Source: Candidatus Heimdallarchaeota archaeon
GTDB taxonomy: Archaea > Asgardarchaeota > Heimdallarchaeia > Hodarchaeales > Hodarchaeaceae
Direction of reading: 5' to 3'
Assembly (NCBI GenBank): GCA_020353515.1
Contig: CP070695.1
Span: forward strand, 569,622-633,621
Length of the DNA: 64,000 bases
Part shown: piece by piece, positions 38,647 to 47,961 of the stretch
Layout: each line of letters opens with the position of its first letter
How positions within the stretch are numbered: position 1 is the first letter of the stretch
Position numbers and translations under genes: made by a program
The notes under the pieces: model-generated
Seen by the model: the letters and a program-made list of their open reading frames with translations, nothing else
Database searches by the model: none
Told to the model about the DNA's origin: nothing

Positions 38647-38889
38647 TTAAGATTTTACTTGGGGTAGTTCAATATTAAAAGTCGATCCTCTCACTTTCCC
38701 TTCACTGTGAGCTGTAATCGTTCCATCATGAGCTTTAATGATTTCTCTGGAAAGATATAATCCAATTCCAGTCCCTATTGCGGTATAATCCGTAGGGATA
38801 GTTATAAATTGCTCAAAAATCGCTTTAAGATGTTCTGATGCTATTCCTGCACCATTATCTGTAATAAAGATTCGAACTTTATCGATAAA
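38647..38889 (-). pseudogene. Histidine kinase HATPase_c C-terminal remnant
   Basis: Manual translation: VRIFITDNGAGIASEHLKAIFEQF..GTGIGLYLSREIIKAHDGTITAHSEGKVRGSTFNIELP*. No start codon; preceded by an in-frame TAG. Confidence 0.85.
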
Positions 38890-39078
38890 CTATCCATTGG
38901 GTTCTTGAGAGGTGATATTTTACCAATTATCCCCTTTTGGTAAAGAATTGTTCTCCCTTTTAGCCGAAGAGAGGCTTTAAAGATACTTTTTTTGTGATAG
39001 TACTCCTTGTCATCCTCATCAACATTTAATAACATGGTATACTAGGATTAATTATCAAGATTAAGTTGTGAAATCCCG

Positions 39079-39819
39079 ATGACAAATGACATAGGCAAAG
39101 AATTTATGAAAAAAACCCAGTACAAATTCATGGATCCATCAGCCCAAAGCAAAGGTCTCCTCCAACCACCCTTGGAATTAGATTACGATACCTCAAAACA
39201 AATTATTTACTTACCAAAGCCACAAGACTTAGTAATCAAGGATATCAGTCTACGAGAAGCAATTGAGTCGCGTGAGAGTATTCGTAAATATTCTGAGCAA
39301 TTAATTACAATGGAAGATTTATCTTGGTTACTCTGGTGTGCTCAGGGAGTAAAGGAAGTTATGGGTACAAGAGCTACTCTTCGTACGGTTCCTTCTGCTG
39401 GAGCTCGTCACGCTTTTGAGACATATTTGTTAGTGAATAATGTTGATGGCCTTCAACAAGGACTCTATAGATTCATTTCTTTAGCCCATATTCTTGTGCC
39501 AATTAATCTGGACGATGAAATAGCAGATAAAATTACCAAGGCTGCCCTCGATCAATCTCAGGTAAAGAAATGTGGAGTAACATTACTGTTAGTAGCTGTT
39601 GTAGAGAGGATGAAATGGCGATATGGTATGAGAGGGTATCGATATTTACACCTGGATGCTGGACATGTGGGACAGAATATATACCTCGCTGCTGAAAACA
39701 TTGGATGTGGTGTTTGTGCGATAGCTGCTTTTGAGGATGAAGAGTTAAACAGAATTCTGAATCTTGATGGAGAAGAACAGTTTGTAATCTATCTTTTAAC
39801 TGTTGGAAAAAAAAGATGA
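39079..39819 (+). CDS. SagB/ThcOx-family nitroreductase-fold dehydrogenase
   Basis: RESIRKY, RTVPSAGARH and YLHLDAGHVGQNIYL motifs. Confidence 0.93.
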   Translation: MTNDIGKEFMKKTQYKFMDPSAQSKGLLQPPLELDYDTSKQIIYLPKPQDLVIKDISLREAIESRESIRKYSEQLITMEDLSWLLWCAQGVKEVMGTRATLRTVPSAGARHAFETYLLVNNVDGLQQGLYRFISLAHILVPINLDDEIADKITKAALDQSQVKKCGVTLLLVAVVERMKWRYGMRGYRYLHLDAGHVGQNIYLAAENIGCGVCAIAAFEDEELNRILNLDGEEQFVIYLLTVGKKR

Positions 39820-39864
39820 AATAAGATTAAATCTTATCTTAACGATCGGTGGATACTGAATTAA

Positions 39865-40473
39865 TTAGAGGAATTCTTCGTTTTCTTCTTTGAGAAGACC
39901 ATAGTAGAATTCGTTTGCTAAAACTTTATCGATATGTGTTCTTACTGAATTACGGAGCTTACCTTCTTTAACAAAACCACATCTCTCAGCAATTTGTTTA
40001 CTTTTTTCGTAATAAGGGCCATGTTCTCTTACCCTTACAGTGACTTTCTCAGCTTTTAAACTTTTGAAAATAAACGCTAGTGCTTTCTTGGCAGCCTCAG
40101 TCGTAAGCCCTTTTCCTTGATACTCCTTATCGATAAACCAGCCCATTTCGAAGTTCGGGATTCTCCAGTCAAGAGGTTCAATCCAAATGTGACCTAGGTA
40201 TCTAGACGATACTTTTTCCCAGAAACTAAGAACGAATCGGTTACGTATAATCCAATCCGCTGCTAGTTTCCGTACATAAATTTCAATCTCATCCAGTTCA
40301 TTTGATTCAGTAATTGGACCAAGAAGCTCTCCCAGATATTTCCTATTCCGTTTTAACATATCATGGAAATTTAATCCATCTCCAACTTGATATGGTCTGA
40401 GAATCAGTCTTGTTGTTTCTAATTCAGAAGGTAACTCAAGTAACGTCTTATGCACTGGATTTAGCCTCCTCAT
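39865..40473 (-). CDS. GNAT acetyltransferase, RimJ/RimL family
   Basis: LETTRLILRP, EMGWFIDKEYQGKGLTTEA and GFVKEGKLR motifs. Confidence 0.92.
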   Translation of the reverse strand: MRRLNPVHKTLLELPSELETTRLILRPYQVGDGLNFHDMLKRNRKYLGELLGPITESNELDEIEIYVRKLAADWIIRNRFVLSFWEKVSSRYLGHIWIEPLDWRIPNFEMGWFIDKEYQGKGLTTEAAKKALAFIFKSLKAEKVTVRVREHGPYYEKSKQIAERCGFVKEGKLRNSVRTHIDKVLANEFYYGLLKEENEEFL

Positions 40474-41656
40474 TATCTTTTATGCTTTTTTCAAGAGCAA
40501 CCAATCGTTGAAGAAGGATTTTCCATTCCTCTGTTGAATATAGGTTTACCAAGTCACTATCTGTTCTCATATGATTAATAAATCTTTTAGAAGGGTTCTC
40601 TAAACTATTAAGCGATTTATTGAGATTATCAAGAGCAAAATCGATGTTCCCATTTAATGCCCAAGAACATGCAGCATTGTAGAAGTTATACCATTTCTTT
40701 TGGTTTAATTCTGCAGCTTTCTCATACCATTGAGCTGATTTTTTGAAATCCTTTCTCTGATAGTAATAATTCCCCCTGAAGCTTTCTATTCTCGCAAATG
40801 CACCAAAAAGCACATAATAATCTTGAATCTTTCTAAATCCTACTTTTTTAGCAACACGTATAGATGCCTCATTATTAGCAGAAGAATTCCAGTGTGGTTG
40901 AATATTGACTGATAAACTGTGTTCCACAAATGCGGAAGCCATAGCAGTGGCGAAACCTCTATTTCGATACCCATGAAAAGTCTCAATACCAATCCCACAC
41001 TTTTCTTTACTGAAGTACTCCCCTGTACACCATCCTTGGACTTCTTTCTCTTTATCACGTATGTGGACTAAACAAAAACCAAACCCATTTGCCAAGAAAT
41101 CATCAACAGAATGCCAACATTCATTGATTTCATTAATTATTGCTTTAAGATTTTTGATGTCACTTTCAAGGAGTCCTCTATCTATTCTTTTTATTTGAAA
41201 ATCAGAAGGGAGAATATCTCTCCATTGAGATGTGAGTAGAGTATCTAAGACGAAAAATTTGCGTGAGACTTTGAAAGGAGTCTTATCTCTCAGTATCTTT
41301 TTGAGGACTGGTTCCCACTCCTCATCTGTGTATTCTATTATGAAGACTTCGCGATTCATACTAATCGCTATTGGTATAACTGTATTTTTTAGCAAATATT
41401 CAACAGCATTACAAAAATCATTGTTACTAGCATCTCCCCCAAAATAATAGCAGTGTGATTGATCCCATAAAAAAGCACTTCTGGGACTCTCCTTATCATC
41501 TACCCAGATCTGCATTGGACTATTTCCTGCTATTACTGCCTCAATAGTGAATCTTAGATGCTTCGTACTAGCAAAAAGAGATCGAATCTTATGAAATTTA
41601 TCTAAACTTAGTTCTAGAATTTGCACTAAATATTTCCTCTGTGAATTAATTTCCAA
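40448..41656 (-). CDS. GNAT acetyltransferase with C-terminal TPR module
   Basis: GIGIETFHGYRNRGFA and NEASIRVAKKVGF motifs; TPR tail YNAACSWAL..D.DL. Confidence 0.88.
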   Translation of the reverse strand: MEINSQRKYLVQILELSLDKFHKIRSLFASTKHLRFTIEAVIAGNSPMQIWVDDKESPRSAFLWDQSHCYYFGGDASNNDFCNAVEYLLKNTVIPIAISMNREVFIIEYTDEEWEPVLKKILRDKTPFKVSRKFFVLDTLLTSQWRDILPSDFQIKRIDRGLLESDIKNLKAIINEINECWHSVDDFLANGFGFCLVHIRDKEKEVQGWCTGEYFSKEKCGIGIETFHGYRNRGFATAMASAFVEHSLSVNIQPHWNSSANNEASIRVAKKVGFRKIQDYYVLFGAFARIESFRGNYYYQRKDFKKSAQWYEKAAELNQKKWYNFYNAACSWALNGNIDFALDNLNKSLNSLENPSKRFINHMRTDSDLVNLYSTEEWKILLQRLVALEKSIKDNEEAKSSA

Positions 41657-41666
41657 CAGTGATCAA

Positions 41667-42506
41667 TTATTCTTTAAAGAATCTTACCCATCTCTCAATC
41701 GTTATTTTTTTCCTTTCGGTACGATCTTGAGAATAATATTCTGGAAAATGAGGATCTGCCTCAATTTCTTTCAACGTTACTCCTTCAACAATCTTTTCTC
41801 TTACAAAATCTATGCTTTTTGATAAGAAATCATTGATTTCTTCAAGATCCTTAACAGTTGCTGCTGGTCCATGACCACTTATTATAATTTCTGGTTCTAG
41901 GGCTATTAGATCCTCAATGACCTCCTGCCATTTCACTACATTGCATGTAGCATCTCCTCCGTAAGGAAACTCCTTGTTGAAGACCAAATCACCAACAATT
42001 AACGTTCTAGTTTCAGGTTCCCACAGATAAGTACTTCCGCTGGTATGGCCATCAGCTTGAATAAGCTCTAATTTCCTTTCTCCAAATAGTAGAAGCTTTT
42101 TTTCAAAACAGAGGCTCGAATGGGTGAGTTGTAGATTTTTTACCCCATATCCTCCTGCTTCCCACTCATCGCGGTCTTCTTGTGTTTCGTTCTCCCAAAC
42201 TTCTTTTTCGAATTCTTCTGTGATTTTTCGAATCTCAAGACTTGAAATAATCGGTAAATCAGAAAAAACCTGGTTTCCAAAAGTGTGATCTGCGTGATGA
42301 TGGGTAAGTATTAACCCTGAGACTGGTTTACCGAAATGTTGCACGATATTACTTCGCCATTCCTTTGCTAATTCCCAGTTAAACATAGAATCTATCACAA
42401 ACACTTTTTCTCCTAGATCTATTGCTGCACTATTCCCATATCCCTCATCGGTCCAAATTAAATGTTCAGCGACCATTTTGAAATCCATATTCTTATTCTC
42501 CTTCAT
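41667..42506 (-). CDS. MBL-fold metallo-hydrolase (cyclase-like)
   Basis: THHHADHTFGN, GHT, GDL and SGHG motifs. Confidence 0.92.
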   Translation of the reverse strand: MKENKNMDFKMVAEHLIWTDEGYGNSAAIDLGEKVFVIDSMFNWELAKEWRSNIVQHFGKPVSGLILTHHHADHTFGNQVFSDLPIISSLEIRKITEEFEKEVWENETQEDRDEWEAGGYGVKNLQLTHSSLCFEKKLLLFGERKLELIQADGHTSGSTYLWEPETRTLIVGDLVFNKEFPYGGDATCNVVKWQEVIEDLIALEPEIIISGHGPAATVKDLEEINDFLSKSIDFVREKIVEGVTLKEIEADPHFPEYYSQDRTERKKITIERWVRFFKE

Positions 42507-42515
42507 TTCTAAAAC

Positions 42516-42731
42516 CTAATCAAACGGATTTTCCTTTTCCTTATTCCATTTAATTGCGATTTTTCGAGCTTCAACTGTATAATGAGTGACATCTTCCATT
42601 TCTATCTCGTTTGGAAATAAATGGAAGATTTGTCTTGACAAAAACTGTTTCTCATAGATTTTAAGAATGATGGCTTTAGATTTAATCTCCTCTAGTGACT
42701 CATCTTCTTTTGAGACTTCTTCACGGTTCAC
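42516..42731 (-). CDS. Small hypothetical protein
   Basis: GGGTGA SD before a GTG start; tightly packed within a same-strand gene run. Confidence 0.6.
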   Translation of the reverse strand: MNREEVSKEDESLEEIKSKAIILKIYEKQFLSRQIFHLFPNEIEMEDVTHYTVEARKIAIKWNKEKENPFD

Positions 42732-42758
42732 TTTTTCTAATTCACCCTTATTTTTTCT

Positions 42759-43733
42759 TCATCTACTCGGTTGTTGACGACTAGTACCTGTTCTTTGATA
42801 TACCAATTCATCTCTATATCTTTCTTTCCCTATGAGAGTTTCAGGTGTATGCATATCCGACGGATAGACTTCTAGAGTTCTTTCATTTAGAAAATTCTGC
42901 AGTTTCTGGGGTAATTCTTTAATAATAGCTTCTTTAACCTCGTTAGGACTGATAGTTATTCTGTAGGCTCTCCTAAAATATCGATTAATGTTTTCAATAT
43001 CTGTTTCAAGGAGATCAATAGCTCTGTCAATTCTGATTCGAAAAGGAGTATCGATGAATGTTCTAGTGTTATATTGGACTGACTGAGAAACATCCATGGT
43101 AAGGAGAACCCCTTTCTGAGTAAGCATCAGGTTATGTTCGCTATAGTCTCCATGAATATAGTACCCTTTCAGAAATAACTCAGCAAGAATGTCAATAGAG
43201 TCATAAAAAAGTTCTTCTGGATCATAATGAGATAAATTCACTTCTCTGAGGAGCGGGGCTGGAATTAAAGATCCGTTTTCTTCAGCAATGAATTCCATAA
43301 TAACAATGTTGTCACTAAGTAATATCGGCTCAGGTACTGGTATATTATTGACCTTCATTTCATGAAGATTCCAGTACTCTTGTTTTGCAGCTAAAGCTGC
43401 CATATCATCTTCGAGAAGGTGTATGGTTCCACGAAGACGTTTCCTAATTGTACTGGTAAAATATCGGAAGACTTTTGCGCAGACTAGTTCTTCTTCTGTG
43501 TTTTCAGCGAGAAGAACAGTTGCCTCTTTACCACCACCAATAACTGAAAGAACTTTTCGAATTTCTCCAGTAGCCAAGAGTTGATTCTTAGCTTCAGTAA
43601 TGGTAATTTCCTTTAATTGTCGTTTAGTTTTAGTTTTTCGACTTTGACGGGATTCTTCTCTACCATGAGCAGTTTTCCCATATCTACCAAATCCAAGTCT
43701 TTGATTATGATCCGTACTCAATTCTAAGCTCAT
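42759..43733 (-). CDS. rio1: RIO1-family atypical Ser/Thr kinase
   Basis: GGGKEATV, AKVFR, IHGDYSEHN and DVSQSV motifs. Confidence 0.9.
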   Translation of the reverse strand: MSLELSTDHNQRLGFGRYGKTAHGREESRQSRKTKTKRQLKEITITEAKNQLLATGEIRKVLSVIGGGKEATVLLAENTEEELVCAKVFRYFTSTIRKRLRGTIHLLEDDMAALAAKQEYWNLHEMKVNNIPVPEPILLSDNIVIMEFIAEENGSLIPAPLLREVNLSHYDPEELFYDSIDILAELFLKGYYIHGDYSEHNLMLTQKGVLLTMDVSQSVQYNTRTFIDTPFRIRIDRAIDLLETDIENINRYFRRAYRITISPNEVKEAIIKELPQKLQNFLNERTLEVYPSDMHTPETLIGKERYRDELVYQRTGTSRQQPSR

Positions 43734-43781
43734 CCATTGTTAATGGAAAAATGGTGTTTATTTTTGATTTTTGGAGATTTA

Positions 43782-44001
43782 GAGTGTCCACTGAGCGTAT
43801 ATACCTTCGTGAGTTTCCACTACATAGTGTAGAGACCACTCGTTAGTTCATTCTTACTAAGAAGACAATATTCTAACTAAGAAGAAGTCTCTTTAAACCA
43901 GCACTACAACTCAGTAGTTCATGCTTGTTAAAGAAGAAGCGAAACAAAACAATTGTTTGAGATCTCTGCTTTATACAGCAGTTATTGGTGTCTGCTCGCT
44001 T
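43782..44001 (-). ncRNA. Candidate structured 5' leader or ncRNA upstream of the RIO kinase
   Basis: Nested stems at 43811-43841, 43891-43933 and 43937-44001; 15-bp direct repeat at 43850 and 43870. Confidence 0.4.
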
Positions 44002-44155
44002 TTTCTAAAAACAAGTTTCTTATTTTCTTTACACTCATATCTCATACGCAAGTGACACCTCTTTCCATTGATAATTCAGACACTTTGTTTTTATTTTATA
44101 AATGTAATTGTAGAGGAGAAAATTGCTAAAATTAATGATGATGAAGATTCCTCCT

Positions 44156-44385
44156 CTATTTTGTATCCCGCCTGTAAACCTCCAGAATTCCATAAATTCC
44201 CACAATAACGGATAAAACTCCAGCAACTACTAGTAAAATTGCTAGTATCACAGTCATGAAGAAAAACATACCTGGTTCATTCACATTAACCAATTCTTTA
44301 TCGATTAATAGCAATACTCCCATGAGAAGAAGAAATATACCAACTACGAAAGCTACTAGATAATTCTGGACATCATTGAATCCAT
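44156..44385 (-). pseudogene. Small 2-TM membrane protein with an apparent frameshift just after the start (or a shorter 55-aa CDS from 44323)
   Basis: Open frame FNDVQNYLVAFVVGIFLLLMGVLL..GILEVYRRDTK*; the ATG at 44385 is out of frame by one base. Confidence 0.45.
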
Positions 44386-44441
44386 TCTAATCGTTTCAAT
44401 CCTTAAATCTTACTATCATAGAAGAGCGAATCATTCGCACT

Positions 44442-44804
44442 TTATTCGCTCTTGATCCGAGCAGCCCACTCTTTATACCGCTCAGCTTTCTTTAAGTCGG
44501 AAATTTCTTCAGCAATTATAGCTGCTTGGCTATACGCTTCAAAAGCATCACTGTACCTCTGTTCGATTTCATGAAGATGACCTAAATTCCAAAATGTTTG
44601 ATGATGAGTTGGATCTAATTCAATCGCTTTCTCCCAGTTAAGAAGAGCATCTTCATAGTTTCCTAGATTGAAATAAGCTAATCCTAGATGGCGGAAGATC
44701 TCCGGATTATGTGGATCTTCCTTTAATGCCTCTTGGAAAAACGGTATTGCAGCGGAATTTTCCACTTGTCTGATTAGTTCTTTTCCCTTTTCAAGATTGC
44801 TCAT
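44442..44804 (-). CDS. TPR-repeat protein
   Basis: HLGLAYFNLGNYEDA..AIELDP repeats. Confidence 0.9.
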   Translation of the reverse strand: MSNLEKGKELIRQVENSAAIPFFQEALKEDPHNPEIFRHLGLAYFNLGNYEDALLNWEKAIELDPTHHQTFWNLGHLHEIEQRYSDAFEAYSQAAIIAEEISDLKKAERYKEWAARIKSE

Positions 44805-44813
44805 TTTAACCCC

Positions 44814-46022
44814 CTATTCTTCAATAATTAAAGATTCTAAGTCACGTGGGTAATCATCAGTAATGTTTTCCATCCCGTCATCTGTTATCACAACAGTATC
44901 TGAGTGACGAAATCCACCAATCGAACGATCATAGATTCCTGGTTCAACCGTAAAAACCATGCCTGGTTTCATCAAATCATTCATACCAATATCTAAAAAT
45001 GGCCGTTCATGACCTTCGAGCCCAATAGCATGTCCAGTGTGATGTTGTACAAGGTTCATAACTCCTGCTTCTTTAAACACCGCTCGAGTAGCTTTATCAA
45101 CGCTTGAGAGCGGAACATCTGGCCCAAATGTATCAAAAGCAGCTTTTTGGGCTTTAAGCATAATAGCGAAATACCCCCGCTGTTTTTCGTTGGGTTCTCC
45201 CATAAACATAGTTCGCTCTAATTCCGACTTATACCCCGCAACATTTCCACTCGCACCTGTAACAAGGGTATCTCCTTTAGCAAAAATTGCATTACGAGTC
45301 ATAGCATGAGGAATTGCTGAATATGGTCCAATTTGTCCTCGGTATCCAGCCCCACATGGTCTTACTCCCCAACCAACAGGAGAATACTCTGGACCGAGCG
45401 TTTCCCGCATTTCCTTAGATGCTTCATGACTAGCTCGGAAAGAAACATCTATCTCATTTTCCCCTACTGCAGTGTATTTTTGTAATAACTTATGAGCTAA
45501 ATTCCCCCAGCGAGCACATTCTTTGAGGCAAGCTATTTCATCTGTATCTTTGATGATTCGAATATCCGTTATAATATCAGGATGAATAGCAATACTCATT
45601 TTTAACGCTTCTTCAAATTTAGGCCCTTGATACCCCCACATTCCTCGCGCGCCTCCTGCTTCTGCTCCAAGTTTGTCTGAGATCTTTAGATCTTTTATGA
45701 AATTCCCAAAATGAATCATTGGATGAGTAACATCCGGGTATTCAAAATAACTGACAACATTGGCTTCTGGAACCTCTTCTGATACATGTTGTTTCTCTAA
45801 TTCTGGTACGAAAAAATTCAAGGTAGACCCCTTGAATACAAGCATGAAAGGACGCTCAGTTGGAATCATTACAAAACCAGTAAGGTAATAAATTGATGTA
45901 GGACTAAGAACGATAAAATTCTCAAGATTGAGCTTTTGAATAATCTCTAGGAATTTCTCCTGACGCTCTTCAAATCTATTTGGAGGAATTTTCACAATAA
46001 CCATTTTAATAACCAATTTCAT
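44814..46022 (-). CDS. Xaa-Pro aminopeptidase (M24B)
   Basis: YKSELERT, HHTGHAIGLEGHE, FTVEPGIY and GGFRHSDT motifs. Confidence 0.93.
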   Translation of the reverse strand: MKLVIKMVIVKIPPNRFEERQEKFLEIIQKLNLENFIVLSPTSIYYLTGFVMIPTERPFMLVFKGSTLNFFVPELEKQHVSEEVPEANVVSYFEYPDVTHPMIHFGNFIKDLKISDKLGAEAGGARGMWGYQGPKFEEALKMSIAIHPDIITDIRIIKDTDEIACLKECARWGNLAHKLLQKYTAVGENEIDVSFRASHEASKEMRETLGPEYSPVGWGVRPCGAGYRGQIGPYSAIPHAMTRNAIFAKGDTLVTGASGNVAGYKSELERTMFMGEPNEKQRGYFAIMLKAQKAAFDTFGPDVPLSSVDKATRAVFKEAGVMNLVQHHTGHAIGLEGHERPFLDIGMNDLMKPGMVFTVEPGIYDRSIGGFRHSDTVVITDDGMENITDDYPRDLESLIIEE

Positions 46023-46063
46023 TATTTAATTCTTTAGAAGATGTAATTAGGTGGTTGTTTAAA

Positions 46064-46282
46064 TCAATCATCATCAAGAAGTTCAGTCTTAATTTTAGTA
46101 AATGGGCCGTCAATTTCCTTCTGAAAAGCGAGAAACTTTACCCAGTCATCGAAGAATACTCGCTGAACCACGCCTTCAATGAAACCTGTTCGTTCCTCAC
46201 CATACCCGAGCTGGATTAAATACTCCACAAACTCTAAGAAACGCCGATTGAATTCAAGATGATTTCTTTTATCCAACAACAA
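46064..46282 (-). CDS. Small hypothetical protein, possibly a C-terminal remnant
   Basis: Protein-like composition; its 5' end overlaps the 5' end of the divergent fragment 46259..46696. Confidence 0.4.
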   Translation of the reverse strand: MLLDKRNHLEFNRRFLEFVEYLIQLGYGEERTGFIEGVVQRVFFDDWVKFLAFQKEIDGPFTKIKTELLDDD

Positions 46283-46696
46283 CCAACCTCATTGGGAATT
46301 TTAAACCTAGAAATTCTTCAAGCAGTTCCCTTGAATCTGATCTATCCAATAGGAGGGGAAAGGGTCACTAGTTTTTGTTACATCACGTGGCAAAGTAATG
46401 AAAGTCTAGAAATAGACCTATCCTATTCCCCTGATGGAGGGATAACTTGGATTAGTATAGTAAATGATATTACAGCGACCTATTACCTCTGGGATACTAC
46501 TACTCTCGATAATGGTAGCGAGTATCGCGTAAGAGTGGTTAGTTCGACTCCAAGAAGTCCTGGAGAAGATCATTCTGCAAATAATTTTATTATTCATAAT
46601 GACCCGCTTCCCCCAGGCACTTCGATTTACAGTCAAGTTGAAAAAGCTATTTGCAGAGCAATTCCAAAAGAAAGAAAGCAACGAGTAATCAATTGA
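46259..46696 (+). pseudogene. Ig-like surface-protein domain fragment
   Basis: IYPIGGE..ITW..YSPDGGITW..WDTTTLDNG..YRVRV..D.S..F.I.N pattern; no signal peptide or anchor. Confidence 0.6.
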
Positions 46697-47630
46697 AATA
46701 ATAATCTAAGTGACCTGGCTTACCTGAATATGACTTTACAAACTCATCAGACTCAAGAAACTCTCGTGCACGAATGACATCGGAGAGGGAGTCCCCTCGT
46801 ATCTTTTCATTCTTTGGAACCTTACTCTCACAGATTAAGCTTACCTTATCTAGGTATTTTTGTTCTTTTAATACAGAAAAGACTAGTTTCCATGGGACTC
46901 CTGTTCCGTGATCCAAAAGGGTGTGGTGTTTTTCTCCTGCTTTTCCGACTTCCATTCCAGAGAAATGCATTGGTAGACGATTATTGGCATTAAGATCAAA
47001 TGTTTGATCAAGGAGATTGAGTCGATTAAGAACTCCATCTTCAGTAGTAATTTTTCCCCCTCGGGCGAAATCATGGCTGATATCCCAGGTTATCAGGCAA
47101 TTATCAATAGTACCTGCTATCTCTACAAGCGTGAAGAAGTCTGCAAATGAATTGTACTTACCTCCTACTTCAGGAGCCATCTTGGCATTATATCCCTTAT
47201 GTTGTCGCCATTCCTCCCACTCAGTGAGGACTTTTTGGACATAAGCATTATTATGTTTACGTTTGAAACTTCCACTATGAAAGGTTAAATGATGAGCTCC
47301 CAACCAATCAGCAATTAAAAGTGATTTAGATAAATTTGATTTAGAATATTGCAGTTTTTTCGGTTCGTCTGTAGTGGCAGAGATGCGATAGGGGCCATGA
47401 ACTGATAAGTAATATTCAATTGGTGAGATAATCTCTAGTATTGCTTTAATTTGTTTTTCAGAGGGATAAGGAACAGTACCAGGGATCCTTGCCTTCCCCA
47501 GAACACAATTTAGAAGTCCAAATTCAATGGCATTGATCCTATTCTTCTGAAATTCCTGTATTTTTTTCGAGGCTCTCTCCTGAGAAAGAAATCTAGAATA
47601 AGAGAGTGATAAACCTAAAGAGATAGCCAT
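46689..47630 (-). CDS. nfo: Archaeal-type endonuclease IV / AP endonuclease family 2 TIM barrel
   Basis: SVHGPY, HSG, PEVGGK, DISHDFAR, HFSG..GEKHH and ICES motifs. Confidence 0.78.
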   Translation of the reverse strand: MAISLGLSLSYSRFLSQERASKKIQEFQKNRINAIEFGLLNCVLGKARIPGTVPYPSEKQIKAILEIISPIEYYLSVHGPYRISATTDEPKKLQYSKSNLSKSLLIADWLGAHHLTFHSGSFKRKHNNAYVQKVLTEWEEWRQHKGYNAKMAPEVGGKYNSFADFFTLVEIAGTIDNCLITWDISHDFARGGKITTEDGVLNRLNLLDQTFDLNANNRLPMHFSGMEVGKAGEKHHTLLDHGTGVPWKLVFSVLKEQKYLDKVSLICESKVPKNEKIRGDSLSDVIRAREFLESDEFVKSYSGKPGHLDYYFN

Positions 47631-47816
47631 TGTTTGCTAGCACCTGAGAATGATTCTCATTGTTTTTGCATTCTAATTAATCCACAATCAGGACATACCC
47701 ATTTAATTTTTTTATGAAAACTCCGTTTGGATGATTTCATTTTTATTGCCTTCCCTTGAGAGCGACAGCGAGGACAGTACATGGATATATCCATAAATTA
47801 GGTAATTGATGATTAA

Positions 47817-47877
47817 TGTAAAAAAGTCTGTAGTTATTGTAAAAAAGATTTTTTCTGATTGTAAAAAATTTTTTACA
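47817..47877. promoter_or_regulatory. Three TGTAAAAAA boxes at 21-22 bp spacing, the last forming an 18-bp palindrome
   Basis: Boxes at 47817, 47838 and 47860; TGTAAAAAATTTTTTACA at 47860-47877. Confidence 0.5.
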
Positions 47878-47961
47878 GCATTTAATGACATACTGACATA
47901 GATATTTTTATATAGCGAATTTAATGACTGTTTTAACAGCCATAACTGGGATGAAAAGCGA

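Noticed and set aside
38841-39035. 64-aa ORF as a real gene
   Set aside because: It overlaps the HATPase remnant in another frame and has no recognisable features.
39079-39819. RiPP (TOMM) biosynthetic cluster around the SagB-like gene
   Set aside because: No YcaO, E1-like protein or Cys/Ser/Thr-rich precursor nearby; stand-alone SagB-family genes are common in archaea.
42516-42731. C-terminal NPFD as a eukaryotic EH-domain/endocytosis motif
   Set aside because: A single short motif is expected by chance and there is no supporting context.
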